From: Aureliella sp.
GTDB lineage: Bacteria > Planctomycetota > Planctomycetia > Pirellulales > Pirellulaceae
Length of the DNA: 64,000 nucleotides
Assembly: GCA_963691875.1 (NCBI GenBank)
Contig: OY829846.1
Coordinates: 320,001-384,000 of the forward strand
Direction of reading: 5' to 3'
In this document: positions 39,987 through 50,727 of the stretch, piece by piece
Layout: each line of letters starts with the position of its first letter
How positions within the stretch are numbered: the stretch's first letter is position 1
Translations under genes and position numbers: made by a program
Notes under the pieces: model-generated
Database searches by the model: none
What the model was told of the DNA's origin: nothing
Seen by the model: the letters and a program-made list of their open reading frames with translations, nothing else

Positions 39987-42305
39987 CTAACGCCGGTAAA
40001 GAAACGAATCGGAGCTCAACAGAGAAACTACAAGAGCCCTAAAGCTTCCGCCATTCTCCAGGTAGGCCTGTTCGGCCTCGATTAAGGTTTTTGAGTCACT
40101 AAGCATCTCGTTTCGGCCCAGAAAATAGCGAAATAAGTGACGGATGAACGACTGCCGCACGCGATCTGCCCGTGCCAGCCGGTGCATCATTTCAACTGCA
40201 TTTTTTACGTTGCCATCGACTGTTGCGTCACCTGAGAACACGATAGTCCCAGACGCATCGGCTTTGCGGTGGGAGAGTTTTCCTTGTTCCAGCTGACGTT
40301 TAAACTCACCATCTCGTCTTGTGTAGATTTGGCCGTCTTCGTCGAAGTAATGGTTCTTGCGATAACGACCCCAGTCGTCGAACATCTCAAACGGCTCACC
40401 AAGCGGATTGATCTTACGATGACACTTCCAGCAGCGTTCTGCCCGAAGTGGCTCCATGCGTTCTTTCAGAGTCTTGTGAGGATCGGATGGCACCGCAGCG
40501 TCGACATCTGGCGGTACATCACCAAGCACCCCTGCCAACAACCTTTCGTAGATCCAAATGCCGCGATGAATCGGATCGTTATCTTCATTCAAAGAGTAGG
40601 CTGCCAGCCAAGCCGGATGCGTGAGCAGTCCTGCGCGTTGATCTTTCGGCATTTGCAAGGGTTGTTCAAGTGGCCAATCCCACTTTTGCTCTTCAATCCG
40701 ACTGTTGGTCGGTAAGTTATAAGGCTCAATGTAGAGTAGATCGCCGATCCCGCGTGATTTATGTGTGAATGGATAGCTCGGGAATGGATTCATTCCTTTG
40801 GATAAAGCTGTTTTGTATTTTGCAACAGTCCTCTCTGCATCTTTTCTCGCTGACTCCAACGCCTTTGCGGCTTTTGCGGGCATATCGACAAAGTTAAAAT
40901 CTAGCTCGATCTGCTTGCGGCGAATTTCAACCTGTGCTGCTACAAAGCCTGGGTCCATGACCTCAGCGATTCTCTCTTCATAACGCTCCCGGGCGTACTC
41001 GTTGTTTCCAGGATGCGCGATGAAATACTCATTGGTAGTCAATAACTCGACAATGACGTTCTCGTCTTTGTTCAGGATATGCTCGATTATCATGCGAGCG
41101 TCATGGATCAGCATATCTGTATTCCACTGTGGGATGTTTTCCGCTCGTTTCCGATCGTTGTCTTTGAATACGCTGCCAGCGCGATGAAAACCGAAGAATT
41201 CGTCGAAAAAGCGCATGATCCTCGGTAGATCTTTTCGATCCCAGTGCCCGGTTGTTAGTTGTTCGTCCAGCATCTGATTGACAAGGCGAGCGACATCCTT
41301 CTTCGTCTTTAGTTCATCTCGATGCAACGCTTCGCGAATAAACTTGTTTCGGTCCGGTGTCTGGTCGGTTAAAGCAAACGCCAAAGAATACGCAAGCTCA
41401 TCCGATGATAAATGACGGCGTCCGTACTCATCCACAGCACCCATGCCCAATTCCGTTCGATAAATCGACGGTGCACTCAAGAACATCGCTTTGATCGTCG
41501 TTTTCAGTCCGTCGAGATTTCCGCCAGTCGCGATGCTCTCTTTGAGAAAGGCAAGGTATTTGTTGCGTTCCTCAGGAGTTGGATTACGTCCAATGACTCG
41601 GACGAATTCGCGTCCGATTACTGCTTTAAGCGTATCCTCGTTCGTTATAGGCTGTTCGTTAGTGAACTCCCGGAAATCACCGCGTTTTTCCCGATTTGCA
41701 AGAAACGTATCCGCGACAATAATTGTCATTTGCACCGTACTCTGATCTGCTACGGACAACGCCGCGTAGTCCCGGATCCCTCGTTCCGATGTTACGTAGG
41801 CGAAAGGGCTTTTCGCTTTTCCAAATCCTTTGAATGAAAAAATTTGCGAACTGAATCGCCACAGACGCGATGGAGAAAAAGGCGGAGTTTCGATCTCTCC
41901 AGAAAACAGCTTTTCGTGATTTACCCAATTGCCGTATTCCGGCGCGAGCAATTTTTTACGGTACGCGTCACCTGAACCGGCTGTTAGTAGTTGGCGATCG
42001 ATCCACTCGATGACCGATTCGCGTTCCAATTCCGTCGGTTGGCTTTCTTCATCAGTTGGAGGCATGTCTCCTGCCTGCAATTGTTGAAGAATTTTGAGCC
42101 ACAGAGTTGAGTTTTTCGGCTCGGTAAAATCCGACGGGACATTGTCTAGAGCGACATCCCCGTTTCGCGTTCCCTCGCTATGACAACGTATGCAATGGTT
42201 CTGAATAAAGTTGCTAATCGACGCTTCTGTTTCCATGCCGACGGCTGCAATACTGTTGCTAATCCATAGGGCAAGGATACTGGCGGTGAGACATCGAAGA
42301 GACAT
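39987..42305 (-). CDS. Cytochrome c / DUF1592-DUF1588-DUF1585-type planctomycete protein
   Basis: CIRCH...GDMPP, ELAYSLAFALTD, RAGLLTHPAWL, PIHRGIWI, CWKCHRKINPLG, FRYFLGRNE. Confidence 0.88.
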   Translation of the reverse strand: MSLRCLTASILALWISNSIAAVGMETEASISNFIQNHCIRCHSEGTRNGDVALDNVPSDFTEPKNSTLWLKILQQLQAGDMPPTDEESQPTELERESVIEWIDRQLLTAGSGDAYRKKLLAPEYGNWVNHEKLFSGEIETPPFSPSRLWRFSSQIFSFKGFGKAKSPFAYVTSERGIRDYAALSVADQSTVQMTIIVADTFLANREKRGDFREFTNEQPITNEDTLKAVIGREFVRVIGRNPTPEERNKYLAFLKESIATGGNLDGLKTTIKAMFLSAPSIYRTELGMGAVDEYGRRHLSSDELAYSLAFALTDQTPDRNKFIREALHRDELKTKKDVARLVNQMLDEQLTTGHWDRKDLPRIMRFFDEFFGFHRAGSVFKDNDRKRAENIPQWNTDMLIHDARMIIEHILNKDENVIVELLTTNEYFIAHPGNNEYARERYEERIAEVMDPGFVAAQVEIRRKQIELDFNFVDMPAKAAKALESARKDAERTVAKYKTALSKGMNPFPSYPFTHKSRGIGDLLYIEPYNLPTNSRIEEQKWDWPLEQPLQMPKDQRAGLLTHPAWLAAYSLNEDNDPIHRGIWIYERLLAGVLGDVPPDVDAAVPSDPHKTLKERMEPLRAERCWKCHRKINPLGEPFEMFDDWGRYRKNHYFDEDGQIYTRRDGEFKRQLEQGKLSHRKADASGTIVFSGDATVDGNVKNAVEMMHRLARADRVRQSFIRHLFRYFLGRNEMLSDSKTLIEAEQAYLENGGSFRALVVSLLSSDSFLYRR

Positions 42306-43530
42306 TTGTTCGCAGGTGTCGGTACTTACTATAGCTATAAACCCGGTAGCCCACTATGTGCTACCTCTGACGCAAGGTTTCTTGTGTGGATCCCATTATA
42401 CTACTTAACATTGGCTTGCATGGCAGGGACCAATTGTACTTCATTCTGCGTTGTACTCTGCCGATCATGAGCAAGTTCGGGCCTTACGGAATTATTACAA
42501 AAGCAAGGCCCTTGTCCTCGAATCCAGCAACGCTGTTGCACTGAGGTTGCTTAGCATTTTGGCTTTGGGTTTAATTCTCAGCGCCAACGAGTTGTCTCGA
42601 CCGCGTAACCCAAGGCGATTAAAGTAAAGTGGGTCCGCCTCATTCCGATTAAATTTGGGATGCGATTTTTTTGGGGCATGTCCTGCTTGGGTTGTTGGGT
42701 AAATATCATGAACTCGCTGACAAAGAACTTCCTTACCCGTAAAAACAATTTTCGAACGCGCCTTCGTGGCGATCATTAAAGTGTCCGCGGATCAAACCAA
42801 ACAAGAAATCTCGTTCCAGGATCGGTCGACCGCGATTCCTACTCGAACTTATCGGAGTTGCTTCTCGCTTCCGCTTCCAGATTCCACCTGGAGTCTTCTC
42901 GAGACCATGGTCATGTGCGGACTCGATTCATCGGAAAAGGATTCGCTGCAACCCTTCTTTAGTGTTCGGGGGATCTTGCGAGGTTGTTTAGTTCCCACGG
43001 ATCCGAGTCGAGATCATATAGCCGCTCGATCTCTTTGAGGCCCGAAGAAGGAAGCCTGTTCTGGGGGTGGATTTTCCGATTTGTACATTTCATAGAGCAG
43101 CGGCATGATGGGTCTGACAATTTTGGTGTCTGGGTGCTTTGGGCGAGAGTCGAACGAAACTTTTTGCATAAATTTGTAGATGTATTTGTTGCCGCTCGGC
43201 CTAACAGTCACGTCAACTTTGGGAAGCCATGACGGCATGAGGTTGGAGAAAGAGCAGCAGAGAGAACGGTTTAATTTTGGCAGAACCGGTGCTCCCTCAC
43301 CAGTGTGAACGCCATACAACCGACCCGCCAAAATGTGTCATTCAGGTACCGCACTTCTCGCCACCAGCATCGGATCTGTGGCGACTGGACAATACTCATG
43401 GCAAAGAACGCACGTACCGCTTTTTCCCCTGGCATCGGTCGTACCGGTTAGGTGGCGGCCGCACGTTCGATAAAACTATGTCGCGGAGAATCACTGATTG
43501 TGAGGAATCAAGCGGATCAACCAGAGTCTC

Positions 43531-45090
43531 CTATCGTTGCTCCTGCAAAAAGTTTTGATAAGCACGAATTGCTTCCGCACCCCAGACGGCCTGATTAAGT
43601 CGACTAGCGAACTCAGGGTCGGTCGCGCCCGTGTTAAAGACGACGACTGTCGCACCAAAGTCGAAGTGGCGCCGAAGATAATCATTCATAGGTAAGCCGG
43701 CTGTACCGAAACCGCTGGGGGTCGCTTCGGTGCTGGCCCAAGCAGGGTTGTCATTCGCGGCAAGTGCTTCGTATAGCAGGCCGAAATCATGCTGCAGCGG
43801 TCCGACCGGATAGGTCGTCCAACCGGGGCGACAGGATTCTGCGAATGCGATGGAAATAGGGGCATTCGTGAACTCCACACCGGGCGAACCAACTACTCCC
43901 GCTCCTGCGGCGACATGGCTGTACATTCGGTTTGGCGGCACGCCACCTTCAGCAAGATTTCGCGCCCAAAGTGAAATGTACTCTTGATTTACTTTCGCCA
44001 ACGCCTTGGCAAGGTCCGGCGGAGGATTGGTCTTGGTGTAGCCAAGGTTTGTCAGCGCATTAAATCCTAAACGCTTGCGCGGAACGCCGTCGCGCTGCAT
44101 CTTTTCGGCGATTCGCGGATTGACTTTGTCGATCACAGCGTAGTTGGGAAGTGCGGGTTCGGCACCCACGGTCACTCCGGCGAAGAGGTGCTGCTTGTTG
44201 GCATCAGCGAGCCTCTCGATCCCGTTTGCTATAGCCGGGGCAATGAAATCTTTCGCCAGTCGTGCCACTTCCTTCTGTACAGCGGGGCTGTTGTAGCAGA
44301 TCACGGGCGGCATCTGTTCGGGACGCCCCCAATCGCGATAGCGATGCGGATGCGCTGTGCCGTCCCAGTCTGTCCACTCGACGTTCTTTGAGTTGGCCGG
44401 ATCGTAGCCCGGCTTGTTTTCGTCGTTGAAGTTCCAAAGATCGGGGCGATTTTCCCATTCAAGGTTTTCGATCGTAATGTAGACAGCAACATCGTGACGT
44501 AACGCAACGTCAATGGCTCCGTTGACAGACCGCGTAATGATCCCTGGGTTTGCATTTGGATTAAAAAGATGTTCCGGATCGAACCGCCAGGCTGGAATCA
44601 TTAGATGGAAGCCCCAGTTGTGATTCGACGGGTCGATGGCCGAACCGAGTTGTCGCTTTGTCCGCAAGATTCCCTGTTCGAAGGCGTCAACATTGCCTCC
44701 ATGAAGATGACCAGCTTCGGGGACGGGGAGAATGATGTAGTGTGTCTCGTCCGTTCGCCGCTGAAACTTACGAATCCGCTGGACTGCATGCGGATCCGTG
44801 CCGGTTTCGAGAATGTTGAGAGCGCGATCGACTAGTTTTTCGGCGCGATCGAAGTCTCCTTCTTTCATCAAAGGATGTAACTCACCCATGAACTGACTGA
44901 TCCGATGCCAACGTTGGGCTCGCTGCTGAAATCGCTGCATCTTTTGTTCAAACGACTGAGAAGGTCGCTCCTGTGCGGACGAGAACGCTGCAACACTTAA
45001 AGCGAAGATCGGTGTAAGGGGGACAATCGCAAACCACGTTCGCAATGATCCCCAGGCTTGGGGAGGTAGGCATTTAAACGAGCGTTTCAT
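43531..45090 (-). CDS. Exported hypothetical protein, possibly a glycoside-hydrolase-like TIM barrel
   Basis: Hydrophobic N-terminus ending SSAQ; CYNSPAV, AGVTVGAEP and WASTE segments resemble a GH-A-like layout; start chosen at MKRSFK. Confidence 0.55.
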   Translation of the reverse strand: MKRSFKCLPPQAWGSLRTWFAIVPLTPIFALSVAAFSSAQERPSQSFEQKMQRFQQRAQRWHRISQFMGELHPLMKEGDFDRAEKLVDRALNILETGTDPHAVQRIRKFQRRTDETHYIILPVPEAGHLHGGNVDAFEQGILRTKRQLGSAIDPSNHNWGFHLMIPAWRFDPEHLFNPNANPGIITRSVNGAIDVALRHDVAVYITIENLEWENRPDLWNFNDENKPGYDPANSKNVEWTDWDGTAHPHRYRDWGRPEQMPPVICYNSPAVQKEVARLAKDFIAPAIANGIERLADANKQHLFAGVTVGAEPALPNYAVIDKVNPRIAEKMQRDGVPRKRLGFNALTNLGYTKTNPPPDLAKALAKVNQEYISLWARNLAEGGVPPNRMYSHVAAGAGVVGSPGVEFTNAPISIAFAESCRPGWTTYPVGPLQHDFGLLYEALAANDNPAWASTEATPSGFGTAGLPMNDYLRRHFDFGATVVVFNTGATDPEFASRLNQAVWGAEAIRAYQNFLQEQR

Positions 45091-45130
45091 TCTTCGTCTC
45101 CTCTGGTTCAGTCCTTCAAGGTTGTCAAAC

Positions 45131-46024
45131 TCAATCATCGAACGGCTCGAAATCCATCGCAATACCGATTTCCATGTGCGTGAGAATCTGCGGAACGAGT
45201 TTGCTATGCTCGGGGTGGTGCTGGTAAGTCTGCAACGCTTTCTTAGAGTCAAACACAGCGATTTCTCCGTATTGGAATCCGTGGCTGTTGCGAGCTACGT
45301 TCTTCCCGACCACGAATTCCTTAAGAACCGGAATGCGTGACTTCGTAGCGGCAAGTTTGATCATTAGTTGTTCGAGTTTTTCCTGCGGCGCTGCTGGCCT
45401 GAATTTAAAGCTGAAAGCGTGAATGAACATCTTCTTTGGTGATTCGCCTTCTGAGTCGTCTACTTTTAAAAAGCTAGCGTCTTTCAGAGGAGTAAAGTCC
45501 ATGGTGACGCCGTGAACCATTTTCGGTCCGATCTTGCGGACGAGCTTGAGATGATCGGGATGGCGTTCGAAGACTTCCAGATCTTCCTTTTTGTCGAAGA
45601 CAACGATTTCACCGTATTGAAATCCGTGTGCCTGCCGAGCCTCGTTTTTTCCGATCAGAAACTGCCTTACGCCGGGAATATTCTTCGACGCTGCTGCCAG
45701 CTCTTTCAATAACCCTTCGATTTCCGCCTCATCAACATCATCCTTGAATTTGAAGTAGAACAAGTGAATGAATTTTCCGTCGGTGTCCGTTGCGGGGCTG
45801 TCAGTTCCCATGGTGATTCGCTCCGCACTTTCGCTGGCGGCTTGCTGTAATCGACGTGTTTCTTGAGCGTCGGCTGGAACAACGAACGTCCCGAGTGCGG
45901 CGAATACTCCAAGCACCAGATAGGTTGCTCCACCTTGCGAAATGGTACTCCAGGGGCTGCGCCAGGACTCCAAGTTGCTCAACCGCGTCGCGGGAAGCCT
46001 ATTGTACATTTTTTTTGTTTTCAT
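45131..46024 (-). CDS. Protein with two tandem Dabb (stress-responsive alpha/beta barrel) domains
   Basis: Two repeats of FIH.F.FKF...IP......GKN.AR..HGFQYGEI.VFD....L......HP.H; N-terminal hydrophobic segment. Confidence 0.85.
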   Translation of the reverse strand: MKTKKMYNRLPATRLSNLESWRSPWSTISQGGATYLVLGVFAALGTFVVPADAQETRRLQQAASESAERITMGTDSPATDTDGKFIHLFYFKFKDDVDEAEIEGLLKELAAASKNIPGVRQFLIGKNEARQAHGFQYGEIVVFDKKEDLEVFERHPDHLKLVRKIGPKMVHGVTMDFTPLKDASFLKVDDSEGESPKKMFIHAFSFKFRPAAPQEKLEQLMIKLAATKSRIPVLKEFVVGKNVARNSHGFQYGEIAVFDSKKALQTYQHHPEHSKLVPQILTHMEIGIAMDFEPFDD

Positions 46025-46051
46025 CGATTGCCCTCTGTCAGTTGAGCGTTT

Positions 46052-48901
46052 CTATCGTGGTAGCACAGATTGTTTCCGTCGGTCTTTAAGGATTCCATCC
46101 AACAGGTTGCACGCTTCCTTGCGTAGTCCGAATTCAGATTCAATCTCCTCGTCCATTACAAGATGAAAGTCTCCATCGCTGGTGTAATTTGGCCAATTCG
46201 GATTTCCATCCACGTTGGGATTGCCAGTCTTGGCGAATTGTACCCAGTAGTCCATGAACGCATTAGACAGCTCCGCGTCGTCCGGTTTGGGTTGCTCGAG
46301 GTTGCCGAAGACGTATCCGATCTCGGCGGCATGTGCCGCGCCCATCCAGCCCCAGACTGGTTTGGTAAAGTGGTACATCCAAACCTCTGTGCCCTGCCGG
46401 TCCATTGCTCGAGCAAACTCGCGAGCGGGCTGGACGAACCAGATGTCAGTAATCTGCTGGACGGCGACTCTCCAAAGATCATCTTCGGATTTAGGTCTAT
46501 AGAAGTCCGCGACTTTTTCTCCGTGTTTCCCGAATCGTTCGGCCATCGCTTGCTTGTAAGTTTCCAGCGTCCCTCCGAATGCATTGCGTGATGCGAACAT
46601 CGTGCCTTCGTCGCGGTTGGTCCCGATGACGACTGGAATGTCGTGCTGTTCTCCGTCAGCGTAGATCTGATGAGGAGGCTTGGGGAAGACCCATCCGTCC
46701 GTTGCAACGGGCCAGCGCTGCTTAACCTTGTTCAAAACATCCTCAGCTGGCAGTCCTCGTAGCTTTGCCAAAACATCGTCTGCATCAGCCTTGCCACCAA
46801 ACAACTTTCGGGCTTGCTCTTCGCCATCGAATTCGGCTGGTGGGCCGTTTACAGTTTCGTCATTCAGATCTCGAAAGATAGCTGGATCAAGCCATGGACT
46901 TTGCAGGACGGCTCGATGAAACAACCCTTTAGACAGCGGCGTGGCCGCGAGTAGATAGACGCTGGTTCCGCCGGCGGATTCACCGAAGATCGTCACGTTG
47001 TCCGGATCGCCACCGAAATCAGCGATGTTGTCGCGAACCCACCTTAGGGCCGCAATCTGATCCAAAATCGCGTAGTTGCCTGACGATCCGTGCGGAGATT
47101 CAGCCGAAAGCGCTGGATGCGTCATAAAGCCTAATGCGCCCAGCCGATAGTTGATTGTGACGGCGACAACGCCACGTTTGGCCAATTGTGTTCCGTCGTA
47201 GCCCGGTTGATGTCCAGATCCCTGAGTGAAGCCACCGCCATGAATCCAGACCATCACGGGGCGTTTTTTTTCGGAACGATTTCGAGCTGTCCAGACGTTT
47301 AAGTACAAACAGTCTTCACTCTGATGACCACCACCTCGCTTGCTCTTTTGCAGAGACTTTGCCGCGTACTGCTTACACTTACGAATCTCCGACCACTTGG
47401 GTGCCGGTTGGGGAGGTCGCCATCGCAGTTCTCCTGTCGGCGGCGCCGCGTATGGGATGCCTCTGTAGATTTCAATCGCATCGTCTCGCGTCGCAGTGCC
47501 GGAGACCGGACCAAGTTTGGTCTGAACGACCGCTGGCTCGTCTTTAGCCCCAGTCGCGACTATATGTGCATCTTTTGTCAAGCAGTAAACCTTTGTCAGA
47601 GTGCGGACGAGCAGTTTGTCGCCCACGACACTCGGCGTTGCGATGCAGAGTTCTTCCAGTGGATTGGTGTTGAGAATCTCGAACTTCGGTCCTGCTTTGA
47701 TCACATAGGTCAATCCTTCTTCGCTGAGGCAGAACACCTTGCCATTGTAGGCCCAAGGGGATGCGGTGAAGCTGCCTTTCGGCGAAAAGCGACGCTTGCC
47801 GTAGACCTCTTCGCCTGTCAATGCATTGTGACAGGTCATGAATCCTTGATCGTAGACAGTGTACAGGTAGTCGCCGTAAACGATTTGCGTTGTGTTGTAG
47901 GGGGACGCCTTGGGCTGGTACCATTCGATAAAATCGCTCTTTGTAAAGCCGTTCTCAACGTTGATTTTCCCTACAGCACCGGGACGCAGAGCGAACGTTG
48001 GGCGATGAGAGTCGCCGACGTAACCGGACGAGATGTAGCACATGCCATGTGCGGCGAACGGTGACGGAATCACCAACACCGACATCTTTCCGGGGAAGCT
48101 CCAAAGCACCTTACCGTCAAGCGAGTAGCTACGATTGCTTCGCTGGCCGGGAACTACGATCTCCGTTCGCTTGTCGTTCTTCCAAACAAGCGGAGTGGCC
48201 CACGAATGGGTTTCGTCTCGCTCAGTGCGCCATCGCTGTTCACCCGTTTCGGCGTCGAAGGACGCAATCCACGAATCCTCCTTGTTGTCATAAACAACGA
48301 AGACCTGGCCGTCATGTACGACGGGCGAAGCCGCCGCGCCGTAATCAAGGTTTGTCTTCTTCGGTTCGATCCGTTGAGCCCAAATTAGGTCACCGTCAAA
48401 GCTGTAACAAAACAGTCCAAGATCCCCGAAGAGCACGAACAGACGTTCGCCATCAGTTGTTGGTGTCTCGGCTGCGTACGAACTCTTCGGATGACGCGGC
48501 ACAACAGGGTGGCCGGTGTGAGATTCGTGACTCCAGAGTTCTTTCCCGCTCGTCAAATCGAAGCAATACACCATCCAGTGGTGAATGCCCCTCGAAGGGT
48601 CGCGCACGCCTTGACCAAGGTAGAGGCCTCCCTTTGGTTTTGTGGTTTCCTGGTCTGCGACGACGGATGACAAAAAAACGCGATCACCGACGACGATCGG
48701 GCTTCCCCAACCTTGCCCGGGCACGTCGGCCACCCATACAACATTGTCGGTCTTGCTCCAGCGATCGGGAAGATTCGGATGTTCATCGGCGACACCGGTT
48801 CCTTCGTTTCCACGGAAACGCATGAAGTCATCGGCGTGTAGTCGGATCAAACAGTCGCAACAAACCGCAATCGAAAACAAAGCTAAAGCAGATCGTTTCA
48901 T
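46052..48901 (-). CDS. Fusion of a PQQ-like beta-propeller and a type-B carboxylesterase
   Basis: N-half: FRG, GWGSPIV, FTASP. C-half: GIPYAAPPTGELRWRPP, SEDCLYLNVW, WIHGGGF, FGESAGG, NRDEG, AAHAAEI. Confidence 0.92.
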   Translation of the reverse strand: MKRSALALFSIAVCCDCLIRLHADDFMRFRGNEGTGVADEHPNLPDRWSKTDNVVWVADVPGQGWGSPIVVGDRVFLSSVVADQETTKPKGGLYLGQGVRDPSRGIHHWMVYCFDLTSGKELWSHESHTGHPVVPRHPKSSYAAETPTTDGERLFVLFGDLGLFCYSFDGDLIWAQRIEPKKTNLDYGAAASPVVHDGQVFVVYDNKEDSWIASFDAETGEQRWRTERDETHSWATPLVWKNDKRTEIVVPGQRSNRSYSLDGKVLWSFPGKMSVLVIPSPFAAHGMCYISSGYVGDSHRPTFALRPGAVGKINVENGFTKSDFIEWYQPKASPYNTTQIVYGDYLYTVYDQGFMTCHNALTGEEVYGKRRFSPKGSFTASPWAYNGKVFCLSEEGLTYVIKAGPKFEILNTNPLEELCIATPSVVGDKLLVRTLTKVYCLTKDAHIVATGAKDEPAVVQTKLGPVSGTATRDDAIEIYRGIPYAAPPTGELRWRPPQPAPKWSEIRKCKQYAAKSLQKSKRGGGHQSEDCLYLNVWTARNRSEKKRPVMVWIHGGGFTQGSGHQPGYDGTQLAKRGVVAVTINYRLGALGFMTHPALSAESPHGSSGNYAILDQIAALRWVRDNIADFGGDPDNVTIFGESAGGTSVYLLAATPLSKGLFHRAVLQSPWLDPAIFRDLNDETVNGPPAEFDGEEQARKLFGGKADADDVLAKLRGLPAEDVLNKVKQRWPVATDGWVFPKPPHQIYADGEQHDIPVVIGTNRDEGTMFASRNAFGGTLETYKQAMAERFGKHGEKVADFYRPKSEDDLWRVAVQQITDIWFVQPAREFARAMDRQGTEVWMYHFTKPVWGWMGAAHAAEIGYVFGNLEQPKPDDAELSNAFMDYWVQFAKTGNPNVDGNPNWPNYTSDGDFHLVMDEEIESEFGLRKEACNLLDGILKDRRKQSVLPR

Positions 48902-49100
48902 CAATACTCGTACTCTCACGGCAAAATGTCCTTCAAGCAAGTCATCATCGCTTCAAAGCCTCGATCGCCAATTTGTTGGTTTTTTTAGGCGGCGACAATT
49001 GAGATTGTACTCGTTCTTACCGATCACCGCTGTTGACTGGCGTAGAGTTCGCCTCGGCCGCTGGTTGGGTTTGCCGCGAAGGTTATTCGCTAGTTGGAGT

Positions 49101-50450
49101 CCGCCCCTGTGCAAAAAGTCCGCCCGAGCGAATCTATAGGTGGGAATGAGTAGTTTGCTTCAGATAGAAGCCTGCGTTAATGGCTGAAATCGCTGCAGGA
49201 GCCTGGTAGTGCGTACGATTGCGGCAGCGAAGCAGATGGAATTGCTAAGGTGATGTACTCGTTAGTGGATCGACGCTTTGGTTGCGACTTAGAGACTATG
49301 CCGCTTTTCGCGAGTAGCTTTTCAACAAACCGTCGAGACGCTCTTTTTGCATCGGATATCGGACACCCGAATCTTATCGACGGGATTCGGCAATTTGCCA
49401 GACTTCTTGGTCGTCACGTGGGTTGGTCGCTCGTTTTCCAGCCTCTGATGAGGACGCTCTCGGTGGTAGTGGTCGCAAAACTCGGAACATATCAGACTCA
49501 TGTGCTTCTCGCCGAACACGATGAAATGATCGAGGCACTCCTGCTTGATCGTTTGCACAAAACGCTCGACAAATGCAACTGTATTCGGTGACCGAATGGC
49601 CGTTCGGCGAGTCTCGATCTTCTTATCCTTGAATGCGTCGAGAAACGGTCGCGCATATTTGCCGTCGTTGTCGTGCATCAGAATCTTACAGGGCAGCTTC
49701 TCTGATTTGCTGTGACGAATGAACTCCTCCGATTGCTCGACCATCCACTCTTTATCGGGCTTATACGTCGTCGGCGTGATGAACACTCGACGCGTCTCAA
49801 CGTGCAGGAATACGAGAACGAACACGTCTCGCAGTCCGGTCTTTGAGACGATCTTCTTCGAGAAAAAGTCGCATTGCCACATGGTGGCTGCATGACGTTT
49901 CAGGAATTCATCCCAAGTGCCTGGTCCACGTTCCGGACCGGTTTCGTAGCCGTTGCGTTTGAGGATGTTTTTCACCGTATTCCGAGTCACCGACTCGATG
50001 CCAAGCTTCTTGAGTTCGCCAAGAATCCGGGTGTAACCCCATCCGGTATCTTTAGCGAGTTTCAGAATCAGCTTCTCGATATCCTCCCCGGTTCTCGGCC
50101 TTCCCTTCTTGGGCTGTTGCTTTCCTTTCTTGCCCGAGTCTTCTCGAATCCAGCGACGGATCGTCGATGGATGAACTATCGTTGCCAGCTCATTCAATGC
50201 TGAACCGACGTTCTTGGCGAATCGGACTAATCGATTCTTCTCGCGTTGAGTCAGGCTCATTCGCTCTGGAAGCCGGCTTCGCAAGATCTGGTTTTCGGCC
50301 TTGAGGTAGCTCACTTGGCGGGCCAATTCCTTGTCGGTGGACTTGGCGATTACGAGCATCAAAGAGGTGTAAACGTTTCGGAAGCTCGCCATCGAGATTA
50401 TGCTGTGATTTACGGGGTAAGTCGCTATCGGAGCGGACTTTTTGCACCCC
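49101..50450 (-). mobile_element. IS element, family B copy 1 (rve/DDE transposase)
   Basis: Perfect 15-bp inverted repeat GTGCAAAAAGTCCGC (49109-49123 / 50433-50447) flanking the transposase. Confidence 0.88.
49322..50392 (-). CDS. Integrase-core (rve) DDE transposase with a frameshifted extreme C-terminus
   Basis: WQCDFF, LMHDNDGKY, SPNTVAFVERFVQTIKQECLDH; the T5 run at 49344-49348 is T3 in the 63.5-kb copy. Confidence 0.9.
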   Translation of the reverse strand: MASFRNVYTSLMLVIAKSTDKELARQVSYLKAENQILRSRLPERMSLTQREKNRLVRFAKNVGSALNELATIVHPSTIRRWIREDSGKKGKQQPKKGRPRTGEDIEKLILKLAKDTGWGYTRILGELKKLGIESVTRNTVKNILKRNGYETGPERGPGTWDEFLKRHAATMWQCDFFSKKIVSKTGLRDVFVLVFLHVETRRVFITPTTYKPDKEWMVEQSEEFIRHSKSEKLPCKILMHDNDGKYARPFLDAFKDKKIETRRTAIRSPNTVAFVERFVQTIKQECLDHFIVFGEKHMSLICSEFCDHYHRERPHQRLENERPTHVTTKKSGKLPNPVDKIRVSDIRCKKSVSTVC

Positions 50451-50544
50451 GGGTTCGGGCTTCCAAAGTAGTCAGCGAAGCACCGATTTCAATTCACGGC
50501 ATGCTTCCGTCCGGCCACGTCGTAAGAGTCGCGTCACACACGAC

Positions 50545-50727
50545 CACTTGGAGATCGAATGTGACGCTCGAACCAGAGAACTTTTCAACCACTCAAGGTT
50601 GGAGAGTGACACATCCGCCGCATCCTTAACCGGATGAGTACCGGAACCCGCAAGTTGCAGTTATCTCAGCACTTACAAATGTGAGTACTCCTCGCGAATT
50701 CTCATGTAAGGGTCCTGCACAGGGAGG
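50545..50727. repeat. ~183-bp non-coding repeat, copy B
   Basis: Homologous to 25678-25860 and the same length; abuts the truncation point of an IS256 transposase. Confidence 0.8.

Noticed and set aside
42400..43500. Short ORFs between the DUF1588-type gene and the GH-like gene
   Set aside because: No recognisable motifs or consistent frame; possibly decayed coding DNA but not assignable.
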